Positions 1-18,165 of a stretch of 64,000 bases of DNA are shown piece by piece. Below the pieces are notes generated by a model that worked only from the letters and a program-made list of their open reading frames with translations, was not told the origin of the DNA and ran no database searches. The DNA is from the human T2T-CHM13v2.0 reference genome, Homo sapiens. A program made the translations under genes and the position numbers. Positions within the stretch are counted from its first letter, which is position 1; each line of letters begins with the position of its first letter. The DNA lies in assembly GCF_009914755.1 (NCBI RefSeq), contig NC_060928.1; one strand, 5' to 3'.

Positions 1-629
1 AGGAGCTCTTGAACGTAATACCTGATATTTACTAAAGCTTTTTAGCATTAAAGTGGAATCAATTCTGCACTAAGTTTTAACTGAGTACCTTAAACATAAT
101 TCATTATAATTATTTCATTTTTCATTTAAGTAATGCAGAAACATAAGTAATAAAGTTAAAGCTACAAATAAATTTATTTTTATTACAGAAATAAAATCAC
201 TTGCCATAACAGAATTACTTTGATTGTTTATAGAGAAATTAACAACATAAAGAAGAAAATGTTTGCGAAGAAGATTTTATGTGATCAATCAACAAAGACA
301 TGAAGCATGGAGATTTTGAGAAAAGTCAGGAAACTATAGAGAAAGACAGGTATAAGTCACTGGGGAGAGAGTTGGTGGCAAATGTGGGTGCTGGTGCCCA
401 ACAGCCTCGCAAAAACTATCATGTTTAATTAGAGGCAAAGGGAATATTATAGAAACTCAAAAGAAATGAGAAATCAATAACAACAACCAATGGTACACAC
501 TCATCTAAGAGCCTTTGGACCACCAAAAATATATCAGATTTAATTAGTCCCACTAATTCCATGTTCACTTTGGAAACTTGAAAACCTTGTGGCCTGAGTG
601 TGCAAATAAAGTAAATTATCATTTTAAAA

Positions 630-2270
630 GTACATGGAGAAAAAAAGAAAACTCCACCCCTGCCTCACACCACCACAAAAATTAATTCAATATGGATCAC
701 AGACCTAAACACAAAAGCTAAAATTATAAAGCTTCTAGAATAAAACATAGGAAAATAGTCTCATAACTTTGGGGTAGGCAAAGTTTCTTAGAAAGGGCAC
801 AAAAAAGACACTCAATCTAAAAGAAAAAAAATTTTTTTAGACAGTCTCACTCTGTCACCCAGGCTGGAGTGCAGTGGCGCCATCTCGGCTAACTGCAACC
901 TCCGCTTCCTTAGTTCAATTATCTTGCCTCAGTCACCAGAGTAGCTGGGATTACAGGCACCTGCCACCATGCCTGGCTAATTTTTTTGTATTTTTAGTAG
1001 AGTCGGGGTTTCACCATGTTGGCCAGGTTGCTCTCAAACTCCTGACCTCAAGCGACCTGCCCGCCTTGGCCTCCCAAAGTGCTGGGATTACAGTTGTGAG
1101 CCACCACGTCCAGCTCTAAAAGAAATTCGCGATGCATTGGATATCATCAAAAATTATAAACTTTTGCTTATCAAAAGACATATAAGAAGATGTAAAGGCA
1201 AGCCACAGATAATCATATTCACAGTACATTTATCTGACAAGACTTATATACATAATATTTATGAAATTTTTTGCAAATCAACCATAAAAACAACCCAATA
1301 AAAATATAAACAAAAATCATCAACAAATCCTTCCTAAAAGAAGATATAAAAATAACTAATAAGCACATGAAAATGTGCTTAACTCATCAGTCAACAAATA
1401 AATGCAAATTAAAACCACAAGATACTTTTTCACACCTAGTACAATGGCTAAAATTTAAAAGACCAACACCCCAAATGTCACGCATGTCACTGGTGGGACA
1501 AAAGATTGTACAACCTCTTTGGCAAACTGTCTGGCAGTTACCTACAAACACACAACTACTCTGTTTCTCACTAATTTCAGTATATGTATTTACTCAATTT
1601 AAGATGGATCACTGACCTAAACATAGAAGCTAAAATTATAAAGCTTCTAGATGAAAACATAGGAAAATATCCTCATGACCTTGGGATAGGCAACACTTCT
1701 TAGAGAGGGCACAAAAAAGACACTAAATCTAAAATAAATTTTTGATGCATTGGATATCATTAGAATTCCAATCTTTTGCTTATCAAAACACATATGATGA
1801 AATGAAATAATATGTATATAAAAACACTTGTACAAGAATGTTTTCATTAGCTATATATATAGAAGTCCCAAACAGGAAGCAACCCATATTTTCATCAATA
1901 GAGGAATGGATAAGCAATCTGGTTTAAAAAAACAATGAAATACTTTTCAGCAATAAATAGAAATGAACTCCTGATACTTCCAACAACATGGATGAATCCC
2001 AAAAACATGAAAGAAGCCAGATATAAGAGTATATGCTGCATGACTATATTTATATAAAATTTAAGGACAGGCAAAACATTGGTGATAGAAGTAAAAATAG
2101 TAGTTGTCTAAGGGGGGTGAAATTTACTGAAAAGGACAAAAGGGAACTTTCTGGAATGAAAATTGGGGAAGGTGGTTACATGAGTGTATACATAGATCAA
2201 AAATCATCAAATTGTACCTTTAATATATTTGCATTTTACTTACAGTATGAAAATTTTAACCTCAATTCTT
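630..2270 (+). mobile_element. Old L1M (L1MC/ME-like) 3' fragment with an internal duplication and an Alu insertion
   Basis: L1 ORF2 and 3' UTR-like motifs (atggatcacagacctaaac, aataagcacatgaaaatgtgc, aacatggatgaatc). Confidence 0.75.
831..1114 (-). mobile_element. Alu (S-type)
   Basis: Alu consensus with TSD ctaaaagaaa. Confidence 0.92.
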
Positions 2271-2305
2271 AAATACAAAAATATTTGCATCAAAAATATT
2301 AAGAA

Positions 2306-2421
2306 GTGCCTTGACCTTGGACTTCTCAGACTCCAGAATGGAAAAAAAGAAATTCCTTTTCTTTGTAAATTGCCCAGTTTCAGGTATTTCTTTTAAGCAA
2401 CAGAAAATGGACTAAGATACA
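2306..2421 (+). mobile_element. MST/MLT MaLR LTR 3' fragment
   Basis: ccttgaccttggacttc ... aaaatggactaagataca, a typical MaLR 3' end. Confidence 0.65.
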
Positions 2422-2658
2422 TTGAGTTATCTCCTCCTTGAAGCTGTCTTCAGCATTCAAGGTGAAACATTAAAGATACAGCCCTGTCACATCCTTCCAT
2501 CAAGAAACACAGGCTGCCTCTTGGAACCAGAGTCCCTTCCAGCCTCCCATTGAGTAAGGTTGGGGTTGGGGGCTGTGGAACTGTGCTTTTAAAACCCTCT
2601 TCTGTGGATTCTGGATTCTGCCAAGTAGTCAGAGCTGAGAACCAATGATCAGACACTA

Positions 2659-2955
<297 letters not shown>

Positions 2956-3274
2956 TACTGTCCAATGTGGTGGCCACCAGCTGTCGTAGCTACTGAGCAC
3001 TGGAAATGTGGCTAGTGAGACTGAAGACTGGATTTTAAACTTTATTTAATTTTAACTATTTGAAGTGATAATAAAGTTATTAGGAGACTTTTAAGTGTGT
3101 TTGGAACAACTTGACTATGCGAACCTTCAATTTCAATTGTGAATTTTATAAATCTAAATATATAGATTGAGCATTTACCTGGAAATTTAACATGTGAATT
3201 GAAATGTGCTGGAAGTGTCTGAGTAAAAAAAGAATGCAAGATATCTGATTACAGATTTTTAAAATATTAATTAT

Positions 3275-3571
<297 letters not shown>

Positions 3572-4168
3572 TTACATGTTGGAATAATATGTTGGAAGTA
3601 CCAGGTTGAATAAATATATTGTTGAAAATGAAAAAAAAAGTATACGTTTTTAGTGATGCCATTCTTTAATGTAATAATTTACTTGACAATTTACTGGGTT
3701 CTTACTATATGCCAGACATAAAACACTCTATTCAGGTAATTCTCACCACAAACTGTGAAGTAAGTATTTCCTCAGGTTCTTACAGATAAGGAATCTGGAA
3801 CTCAGAAAATGTACTTAATTTGCCAAGAACATATAGCCAGAATATATACTCAATATAGTAGTTATGTGAACCAGAGTACATATGATGCCAAAACTCTATG
3901 CTTTTAACTTCTCATTACACTGATTTCTAATTTCCCCCAAATTTTTGCACTACAGATGAGAAATCCAAAACATATTTAAATTTTAATATTAAAGTTGTCA
4001 TAATTCTAGTATACCATTTCAATAATCCACTTTTAAATTTGAGGACCACTGAACCTCAAAGAGAAAAAATAAACCAAAGACTACGTATATTATCTGTTTA
4101 AGCAAACAACACTAATTTAGTGTCTTGACTGACAGAAAGAATTGATATGTTTAAAACATAATAGCTGA

Positions 4169-4457
4169 ATTTTTTTTTTTTTGACACAGGGTCTTACCCT
4201 GTCACCCAGGCTGGAATGCGGTGGTGTGATCATGGCTCACTACAGCCTCAAACTCCTGGGCTCAAGCAGTCCTCCCGCCTCAACCTTCTGGGTAGGTGGG
4301 AATACAGGCACGTACCACCACATTTGGCTAATTTTTTTGTAGAAATGGGATCTCACTTTATTGCTCAGGCTGGTCTTGAACTCCAGACGTCAAATGATCC
4401 TCCCACCTTAGCCTCCCAAAGTGTTGGAATTACAGGCGTGGGCCATCACGCCAAGCC
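4169..4457 (-). mobile_element. AluJ
   Basis: Alu consensus. Confidence 0.9.
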
Positions 4458-6595
4458 AATAACTGGATTTTAAATTGAGTGAGTTTGCTGGTATTATTTG
4501 GTTTATATTACAAGGTGTGATGGCCTTTGCAAAGCAGAATCATAGAAACCTAGAAGCAGTTATAATTTCAAATGTCACTTGAGCCAACCTTCCATTCAAA
4601 CAGGAATGCCGCTATCATATTCCTGATAAATGATCACCTGGTCTCTTTTGGAACACTTCTGGTTGTGGGAACTTCCTGCCTTATGAGTAGCCTGTTCCAT
4701 TGTTGGACAACTTTGTTCTTTAGGAAATTCATCTTACTTTCCTGAATAACATTTGCTTCACAAACTGTGGTGAGGATAAAATGAGTTAAGTGCTTAGCAT
4801 TATGCCTGGCACATAGTAAGAGCCCAATAAATGACAATTTCTTCTATCGGTTTAATAAACATAATCCTCACGGTAGCATATACTTTTGAGTTACAATGAA
4901 CTGTCAATCATGTCCACCCATTTATACTCTGCCCTGAAAGAGTCCAAGGCAGGACTGTCCCCATCTGTTCTTAGAACTTTTCTTGCCAATTCATAGGACT
5001 CTTAAGTAAATTAAAATGAAAGAAAAATCATTTGATATAGAAAAATGTATAAAATATACCTCATTATTGAAAGTAAAATCAATAATGACTTAAATTTTAT
5101 AAAATGTTAAATATTCAAGTGAAGACAACAATAAATAATGCTTTCTATCTTACTCCAGTACCCAAACAATTAATGAAAATAACTAGCAGGCAGTAGCCAA
5201 TAAATAGTAAATAAAGAATTTTTGTAATGTTTGTGAATGAACGTGTACATATATTTTAAAATATAATTAAAGTAATTTTTACTGAGAAACAACTGCTTTC
5301 TAAGATGAGAAATTCTTCGCTGACTCCTTTTCAGCATCAGAATGAAGACATGACTATTCTGGTATATTTCCCCACATGCCAACTCCCTGTTGTCATCAAT
5401 GAACACTCTCTTTGGAGACCTCATGCCTTATGACTAGGGAAGGGAGAATATGTGATTATTTCATTCATCATAATACACAGAAAAAATTATATGAGTAAAA
5501 TATTAAATAAGAACAGAAAATATAATTCTGATTGTCAGAACAAACCGAGCCTGGGCTTTGCTTAACCCTAAAGAAAAATGAGTCCTTCTCTTGTCCTATA
5601 ATTTCTTGTTGGCCTAAGTGTTCTACTTGGAATTTTTTTTTATTAATCACTTTTAAACATACATAATCACTTTTAAAAATAGAAATTATAAACAGAAAAA
5701 GACATTTGAAATTTATAATTATTTATAAATATTTTCCCCACTTGTTTTATGGTTTTCTTTTTAATCTACCTCAAATTAATTTTGGTGCAAGGTATACAGT
5801 AGAGATTTAGCTTTATATTTTCTGAATGGATAGTCGATATTCTAATTAGCATTTAATCAATAATCAATAGACCATCTTTTCCCTACTGATCTGAAATGTT
5901 ATTCTAAAACTGCCTTTCCAACTATAGAGATTTTGATGGAATTTGCATTAAAATCATAGAATAAATTAGGAAATTATTTTCCTTTACATTTTCAAAAATG
6001 TTTCAATGTATAGATTCTAAATTTTTATTAATTCCTACATGTTTTATATTTGTGTTCCTTTTGTCATTAGCTTGGTTTTCCCTTGATGTATATTAACTCT
6101 TTACTTTTGCTACGTCAGGAAATTATTTATTCTTATTTATTTTGAAACTGACCACATTACTGGCCTTTACAACATTTTTTTCTAATAGTTTTTGTATTAA
6201 TTAATTTCTGTTTTTTCAATACAATTATATTACTTACACAAAATTATTTCCTCTTTTTAAGAAGCATTTAGTTTTAATGTCTAATTGCCTTGACTAAAAC
6301 TTCCAGAAGATAATACATAATAATGTTGATATTCTGTTATAACTATCTTAACGGATATCCAGTATGGTCCTTGGCTTTATGAAAATGCCTCTTGATTTTC
6401 GTTCTTAAGCATGGTGTTGACCATTAGTTTGAGGTAGATGTTTTATTCATGTTAGGAAGTTTCCTATGTTGCCAATTTTTAAAATATTAGAAATGGGAAT
6501 TAATGTTGAGTTTTATTAAAGTCTCCTTTGCTCTCATAGAAATAATCATATTTTCCTGTGAATATTAATATGGTGAACTATATAAATAATTTTAA

Positions 6596-6934
<339 letters not shown>

Positions 6935-8033
6935 TGATAAGTTATTCTTTTTATATGCTACTGGGTCCCAGCTGCTAGTATTTTATTTTGAATTTTTCCA
7001 TCTGTTTTTAAAGGTAAAATTACTCTGTAGTTTGAGAAAAAAATTTTAATAGTAATTGCTTATTCTTTTCATACACTTTTCAACTCTTGAGGTATCATAG
7101 GATCATAGGCAAAACATCTGAAAAGAACAGAAAAAAAATATTCTTTTAGGGACTTCGTTGCTTTACTGGTTTTCCCATGCATGAGTCTTTGAATTGAAAT
7201 TTGTGAATCAAAGAGAAACAATTGCTTTGGAAAGCAAGATTCAGCTCTCATATTTAGCTGACTCACAAAAATTCCTCACTTAAGCGAGGATATAACAAAG
7301 TACACAAAAATATACCAAAGCAATGGTTGAGAAAATCTTATGGGTAATTCAGGCAAAACAAATATGGAACATGAACTGTGAATACATGGAACAGTATATT
7401 CTACTGATTGAAGTCATGCTCTAGCTTGGGTTCAAAACCTGGCTCTGCCACTTATTAGCTGAATGAACTCAAGTGAGATTTTTTTAACCTCATGGAACCT
7501 CAGTTTACACATTTGTGAACAGAATAATAATGCCTTCTTTATATAAAAGGGCAGAGAAGATATGCTGTATACCCACTTACACACACAAACCCACACATAA
7601 TTAACTATGTATTAGTGGTTCTTTAAATTTAGCATGCATATACTTGTGAAGCTTGTTTAAAATGCATATTACAGGGCCCTATTTGCAGAATCTGAATAAG
7701 GTATGGGTAAGGCACATAAATCTACAGTTTTACCAAGCGCTATAAGTAATTCTGTTGCAAAGGATTCCTGAATCACACCTTGTGAAACATTACTCTGCAT
7801 TATTTGCCTTTAGTGCCTTTGGCCTTTTCTGAATGCCACAAGTGGGAGACAGAAAATAATGGTTAGGAAAGGCTTCAAGGTTGCTGTTAACTGCTTGATA
7901 TTTCAGATCTACAAATCTGAAACCTTTAGGATCAGTTCTTGCAAACAAAACTTACAAGCAACTATTATAAGTATATTTGTAACTTAAAATGAGAAATGTA
8001 GGTATAAATTTGAAAAGTAATCAATAAGATTCA

Positions 8034-8588
<555 letters not shown>

Positions 8589-8889
8589 CTAAGGTCAAGA
8601 ATAAGACAAGGATATTCTAGAAGTAGTCAACATTGCACTGGAGGTTCTAGCGCTTGCAATAAGGCAGGAAAAAGAATACAAAGCATCTGAATTGGAAAAG
8701 AAGTAAAACTATTTGTTTGTAGATGACATAATAGTGTATGTAGTCAACCATAAAATAAATTCTTCAGCATCTAGAAAAAAATGATTAGAACAAATAAGTG
8801 AATTTAGCAAGGTCACAGGACTGTAAAGTCAATGTAAAAATGAATTTTACTTATATGTAATAGCAAAGAACAACTAGAATATAAAATGA

Positions 8890-9193
<304 letters not shown>

Positions 9194-10571
9194 ATACACA
9201 TGCCAAGCAATAAGTCTGTGCCCAACTTAATAAATAGCACACATGTACAATGCACAGAGTTCTCTGCCAGTTGGATAAGGAACAAATCCAAAGATGAGTA
9301 TGCCCCCCAACTAGTAGTGTAGTAGAGGACTATAGGGGAACAAGCCAAGAGTACTAAAATGAACAAGTATTTGGCATCTACAAGGGGAACTTAGATAATT
9401 ATTTGTAATTGTCCATCATCCTTTCCCCAATTTCTGAGATATTTTGTTTAGAAATTAGTAGATATTTGTACAATGTCATAAGAAAAATATGATTGTTGAA
9501 ATAACAGATATTTTTTAATATTCTAGGGGAGTTTTTTTAAATCTTTTTCAGCTGTATAATGAAAAGAGGTCCATGAAGAAGATGGAGTTGTACAAAGATA
9601 TTGAAGCACAGTCTTTCAATCAGGTGTGCTAACACAGTGAATCTAACACAGTGAATCAGAAATCAGCCAATCAGAAAAACGGCTAACATCAGGTGGTTCA
9701 ATAGAGGGAATTTAATACAGAGCATTAGCTACAAAAGTGTTAGTAATGTCAAACAGAGGACAGTGAGGAAACCCAGAGATTAACAATAATAGGACACTCC
9801 TACTGCCCCAAGAGCAGGAGACATAAATGCAAGAGGCTGCTTAAAGTTAGGAATGGCCCACAGGATCTGGGACTAGAAAGGGAGAGTCTCTCTGTTGGAA
9901 GAGAAATCATCATGGGAGACACCTCCTGAAACAATAAATTCAAGAGCAAACAGAAAATAAGGGGCCTGGGTAAGTAGGATTTATCAGGTGGAAATGGGGC
10001 AGGAGAAAGGCTTCCTATTCTAGGCAAATGGAAATTCATGAGTAAAGATATAGAGGCAGGAGATATTCCTATGGAATTCCTGTGGAAGCCCATCTGGAGA
10101 ATAGAAATTAAACTGGTTTAATTTCTACACAGAGAGAAAAAGTAAGAAACAGGTCTGTGAAAGTAAGAGTACTGCATCAAAATAGAGGCTCATTCTTCTT
10201 TCTACATGAAGTGAAGAGTCATTGAAGATTTTAAGGCAAGAGAATGACATCATCCCATGTTTACTTTAGGAAGACTAATATAGTAGTTTTGTGTAAGGTA
10301 AAGTGGATTAGATGCACTATAAATTCCTGCTATGGAGTTTCAACTTGGCTCTTAATACTGCTCATTAATCCTCTTCCTATAGCCACAGAAGCTTTTCCAC
10401 ACCTTCTCCATTAGTGTCAGATCCCACTTCCATCTCCCACCCCCAGGAGACACCTCCTGCTTTAAGAAACTTTAGCCACACTGGTCCCTTCACCGAGACA
10501 AATTTCTGGAGGCATGAGCCATGCCCGAATCACTAGCCAGAACCCCACTCCTAGTAAAGTGATTTCCATAG

Positions 10572-10988
<417 letters not shown>

Positions 10989-11579
10989 TAAAAAAACTGC
11001 TTGGCGACTATAATCCTACCATCTTCCATCATTCCTTCCATTCTTGCTTCTTGAGACAAAAATATTTATCAATACCTACTAGCCACAGGAAGTGTACTCA
11101 ATGTTATGAATACAGCTATTAACAAAATATATGATATATGCCTTCAAGAAATTAATACTACAGTGAATAAGACAAAAAGGATATGTAATAGATAAGTAAT
11201 ACTTTTGAAGGAGGTTCTCAGTCAGGGTCCCAACCAAAAAGAAAGGCACACTCAAAATAATTCTGGAAGAGGTTATTTCCAAAGAGACTATTTACAAAGA
11301 TGTTAGTATAGGGAAACCACAAAGGATGGTTGCAGCAACCTCGGGTTAGAAGTAGCCAAACTGTTAATACCACTGGGATCCAAGGACAAGAAGAGGAATT
11401 TAGTGTGGCCCTGGATAGAGGGGGAGTTATGCAGAATAACTATGAGGAACAGTGACTTAATGTTGAAGAACACAGCCAGCACAAGGCAAGCCCACGGGAA
11501 CAGCATAGCTAGGGTACTCAATACCCTGATCTCACCACCACCTCCCCCAACTCCACAACTGACAAAATTATCTCCTGCT

Positions 11580-11886
<307 letters not shown>

Positions 11887-11998
11887 TCACCGTTGTCTAC
11901 TGAATTATTGCCCTTTCTTCTGCCACAGTGTCAATCTCCCTTCCTCCCTCCCTCTGCCTTTCTTCCTACCTCTGGTACCTTGTTATTTTTATATTTTA

Positions 11999-12321
<323 letters not shown>

Positions 12322-12373
12322 TACAGTATGCTACCATTTGTAGGAAATATACATATATATGTAAATATCTATA

Positions 12374-12375
<2 letters not shown>

Positions 12376-12404
<29 letters not shown>
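12376..12404. repeat. (TG)n microsatellite
   Basis: Directly visible. Confidence 0.95.
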
Positions 12405-12409
<5 letters not shown>

Positions 12410-12816
12410 GCGTAAAGGAGTGGGGAGAATCTCTCTGGAAAAATGCAACAAGAAAGTGGTAACAGTGATTGCCTCTGAGGAAGGGGAAGTATGGGACTGG
12501 GCAATTGGAGTGGAAGGGAAAATATCTTTCACTGTATATATTTTATACATTTTGAATGTTGTATCATGTAAATTAATTACTTAGTGAATATATATACTGA
12601 CCCCCCATTTCAAAATGCAAAACAGCATATCATTATATATGAATTATGAAATATTCATATATTCATTTTATATGAACTATAAAATATGAATTATATCATT
12701 CATATTTCTGCCACCAGGAATTAACAACTGTTGACTTCTGTCAAATTGGCTCTCAGTCCTTTTATGGCATGTGAAAAAAATAAAACTTTATATTTAAAGT
12801 TCTTTTAAAAAACCGT

Positions 12817-13162
<346 letters not shown>

Positions 13163-14230
13163 CTAGGAGCAGTCACTACTGTGAGTTTGGGGTATATCCT
13201 TCAGGGTAATTCTTCATCCTTTTACGTACCTATGTAAGCTTCCATAACCAATGTATAGTTTTGCACATGTATTTTAAGTTTGCAAAGCAGTATCTTCCTC
13301 TATGCATAATTCTGCAACTTGTGCTTTTTTCACTTGAAACCATTTTGGAAATTATCTATGCTAATATACATACAGCTGTTTCATTTTACAATATTGTTTA
13401 TTAATATTCCAGCCTATAAATACATAATATTTTGTTCCCCTTTTCTATTTTTATTTCTTTCCTACTAATGAAGGATTGGTTGTTTCCATTTCTTTGCTCT
13501 TACTAACAATGCTGCAATAAAAGTCCCTAGTCTTAGGAGACTAAGTCTCCTTAGTCACATGTGCAAGAGTGGTTCTCATGTATGTTTCCAGAAGTGGAAC
13601 TGCTAGTTCTAGTTTCAGTTCACTAGAGCCAGCCAGATTGCTGCCCAAAGTTGCTGTTCCATTTTGCATTCTGCTAGACCTATGGAAGTAGATCATTTTT
13701 TCCCATACCCTGACCAACATTTAATATTGTCAGATTTAAAAGTTTTCCTCAATCCGATGGGTGAGCATTTTTTACCCTACAGTTTTTGATTCACATTTAC
13801 TAGTGAAGTTAGACAAACTCTCATGTGTTTATTAATCATTTGGATTTATTCTCTGTGAATTACATGTTTATATTCTTGGTCTGCTTTTTTGAGTTGGGTT
13901 CTTTAATTCATTCAACATTTAACACATATTTAAGAAATGCCTACTAGGTGTCAAGCATTATTATTGTCCCACAAGTAACTATGTACCTCTGACTATGGTC
14001 CTCTGACTATTAACTACAATTTAATTTTACCTTTCTGAAGCATAAAATCCTGCCATCTACTAAAGTCATTTGTGTACTTTACTAACCTGTAAATCCTGTA
14101 AGCCATTTCACAACAAATATTTGTTTACCAATTTATGGCTCACATATAGGTTGTATTACATCACCCAAGCAGTAAACTACTTTTGGATAAAATTATAAAC
14201 TGAATTGAGAAATCCAGTCTGAAAGGCTGA

Positions 14231-14566
<336 letters not shown>

Positions 14567-15083
14567 CTAAAGCACCATCTTTAAACAAGGATAGTTATAT
14601 AGTATGCAGCTCAGAGCACTCACACACCACTGAGGTATTACTTGAAGACAGCCAAAGATTATTCAACATGTAGAAGGCTTCCTGTATGCTAGTGGTTTCC
14701 AGAGTAGTATTCTGTGTGAATGCCCCTAAAGATTATTACAAATGATGCATTTGTTATTTACATATTATTTGCTATATTGAAATTTAAAGTAAAATATATA
14801 CCTTTGTAAAATAAATGATGCTCTCTTCTTCATTAGTTCAAACTTTTTGTGAAGAAGGTATTCTAATCCACCAACCAGTTAACTTCGGGATGTGTAAAAA
14901 AAAAAAGTGCAGAAGAGTAGGCACTAAATTACATAGCTACCTCTGGACAGTAGTATTATATACTTCTGTTTTATATCAATTTTACAGAATGAACACATTA
15001 ATTTTATAATAAAATGATATATTTCAATATTTTTTCTCATATTCTTCTGAACAACTTGAAGAAATGTTCATGATATATTGCTA

Positions 15084-15345
<262 letters not shown>

Positions 15346-15572
15346 AAAAGCAAATTGTGAAGTAATATTTATAGTATCATACCATTTTATTTTAAAACTG
15401 TGTGTGTGTACATAGAACTAATAAGCACTTTAATGTTAAACATTAAATTTTTAGTGGTGGGATCATTGGTATTTTTGTTTTCTTCTTTGTTTTTATCTAT
15501 ATTTTCTCCTAATATATTTCTAAATGAAAAAAGTCATATTTTTAAAACAAGAGTCTGTTTAATATCAAAAAT

Positions 15573-15782
15573 CATTTGTGTCAGCACCTTTGCCTTAAAA
15601 TAATGTTTTCCATTATTGGGCAGGGTGCATGTTGGTCAAAGGATACAATGTTTCAGTTAGGAGGAATAAGGTCTGGACATTTGTGTCAGCACCTTTGCTT
15701 TAAAATAATGTTTTCCATTATTGGGCAGGGTGCATGTTGGTCAAAGGATACAATGTTTCAGTTAGGAGGACTAAGGTCTGGA
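15573..15782. repeat. 105-bp tandem duplication (2 copies)
   Basis: 15573-15677 versus 15678-15782, with two mismatches seen. Confidence 0.93.
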
Positions 15783-17322
15783 GATCTGTTATATAGCATG
15801 GTAAAAATAAATTTAAAATAAACATTTTCCATAATACTGTTTTTCATCTCACTCGTTCCATCTCAGTATTTAATTGCAGAACTAAGTTTTTTTTTTTTTT
15901 TTAACATTTAACAACGCTCAGCAAGTTGTGTAACTTCTAGAATGGGTTGTGCCTGCTCTGCAAAAGAGAAACAGCCAGTGCCTGAAAATAGCAATCGCTT
16001 CTTCCACAAGGGCTTAGTTTCTAGCCCTAGCTCTTTAGCAAATTACCTGTGAAACCCTGACAAAAAAATCTTTCTGAGTTACAGGGTCCTCTCTTCTGTA
16101 AAGTGGAGATAATAATACCTGCTCTGCCTATTGTAATAAGTCTCGATGGGGAGGTAATGAAAAATATGTATAAGGCAATATTGAAGGCTGTTTGTGAAAA
16201 GTTATACAAATACTAGTTGATAATATTCTTATATGATCTCTAAGTTCAGAAAGAGAGAACCATCAACTTGTTAAAGAGACAAAGAAACTTAAAATGATTA
16301 ATCTTTCTTTAATCTCTTCCCCTGAAATATCACTTTGAGACTTTAAAATTGTCAAAGCAACTATTAAAGAAAATAATAATTATCCTTATAGGCTCATAAG
16401 CCAGCTGTAATTCTCATGAAAAACTAAAACAGAGCTGACAAAACACTGTTGCTATGTTGCCCCAGCACACACAGGGACCTGCCACACTTGGTAAGTCAAA
16501 TTGTTATCAACGTATAAAGAAAATCCAGTACTTGCTCAGGAAGAAACAATTTTACCAAAGAGATCATTGTTATCATAATCATTATCATCATCTTCACAAT
16601 TCACAGAAAATGTTAAAGTAGTATCTACAATACAATAAAAAGCTCAATTAATCAAAAGTCAATTAACTAAAACAAACAAATAACCCAATATATTTTCCAA
16701 TACTCCTTTCTTTAAACAAAATATTTTATAAGAACACAAAGTGATATAAGAGTGTTTTAAACACCAGAGCATGTAAGCATAATTAAGAGCAAGAATTCTG
16801 TTTTTGTGCCCTGTTATAATCCCAGTATCTAGAACTGGGAATATTTGTCAATAAATATTTGTTAAATAAGCATTAAAAAGTTATTAGAACTATAAAGTCA
16901 TATATATTAATTATGATCCTGGGGCATCACAAGATCCTTCATCATCAAAGAAAGTTTACTTTAAAACCAATATGCTATACAATCAAGAGTAAGAACAAAG
17001 ACTTTGCACAATGGTTGGAGACCTTAATGTGTTATCCTTCCCACTTCTCTACCTTCATTGACTCAGAAAGTATTCACAATTCTGAATATTTAATTATAAA
17101 AATTATTAAATATTGATGAACTGAAGTAGTTCCTGACTTTTATCTTAGGGTTCCTCACCCCAATATCTGTTTCACAATGAAATTTCTCTAGAAATTCATG
17201 CTGATGACAGGTGTTTTGGAAAGTCTTAAAAAAAAGTCCATGAAATCAATTGTGATGGCACCATCCATTGCATGCATTTCCTATATCTTAAATCACTCCT
17301 TTCTCCCTAAGCATTTACTTTC

Positions 17323-17428
17323 ATATGTATATATATATATACACATACATATATATATACATATATATGTATATATATATACACATACATATATATATAC
17401 ATATATATGTATATATATATGTATATGT
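17323..17428. repeat. (TA)n/(TACA)n low-complexity microsatellite
   Basis: Directly visible. Confidence 0.93.
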
Positions 17429-18165
17429 GTTTATTATGGGTACAGGTGAATGTCTTACTTTCCCAGTATTCTGTAAGCTTCTTAAGGTCAAGAAACTTAC
17501 TTCGTTTCTCTTTATATCCCCTGAGAGAAGACAAGTGCAAATTTCTTGATAGTAACAATAAAGATAAGTAACCATATAAAAAGGCAGATACTTAGAACCC
17601 AGCAAGGGAGGTTCCCTGGACTGTAATTCCATGGAGATTTTGTCAGTCACTGTGAGCATTCAGCATTTTGTATAACCTTTTTTTCCTACTTCTCTCGCAA
17701 GTTTATACCTTATCTCTGAAAAGGGTACATTTAAAGTTTTGATATTTTCACTTGCAAACAATTTACAGATAGCATGTAATCCAATCTGTATTTCATTAAT
17801 ATTTTTGCTTCTCAACATTTGTTGAGCGCTCCCTTTGACAGCAGCATCGTGTAGGTTGCTGAGGTATGGAAGTGAGAAAGAAAAGAAAATAGAATGTTGA
17901 TTAAGACAGGCTTCCAGCCCTAGAGAAATTAGTAAGAGAAACCTGTAAGTGATAAAAATCTCATATGACAATATCACGTGTGCATAGGCCAACTCTGTTA
18001 GAGGTGGGAGAATCACAGAGCTTCCCAAAGCAGGGGATATGTAATTGGATCTTGAAAGATGAATAGGAGTTTGCGACAGTAGAGGAAATGAGCTTTCTTG
18101 GCAGAGGAAACCGCATGTGTAAAAGGTAAAGAATGAAGAAAAGAGTAAATATTTCTAATGGCTGG

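Noticed and set aside
5170-5434. Minus-strand ORF with an acceptor-like tccctag at about 5435
   Set aside because: No convincing donor, no recognisable protein, and not CNGA1 coding sequence. It could be a cryptic exon but is unsupported.
7069-7266. Minus-strand acceptor ttcttttcag followed by a short frame CFAYDPMIPQELKSV*
   Set aside because: Isolated acceptor with no partner exon, donor or clear poly(A) signal.
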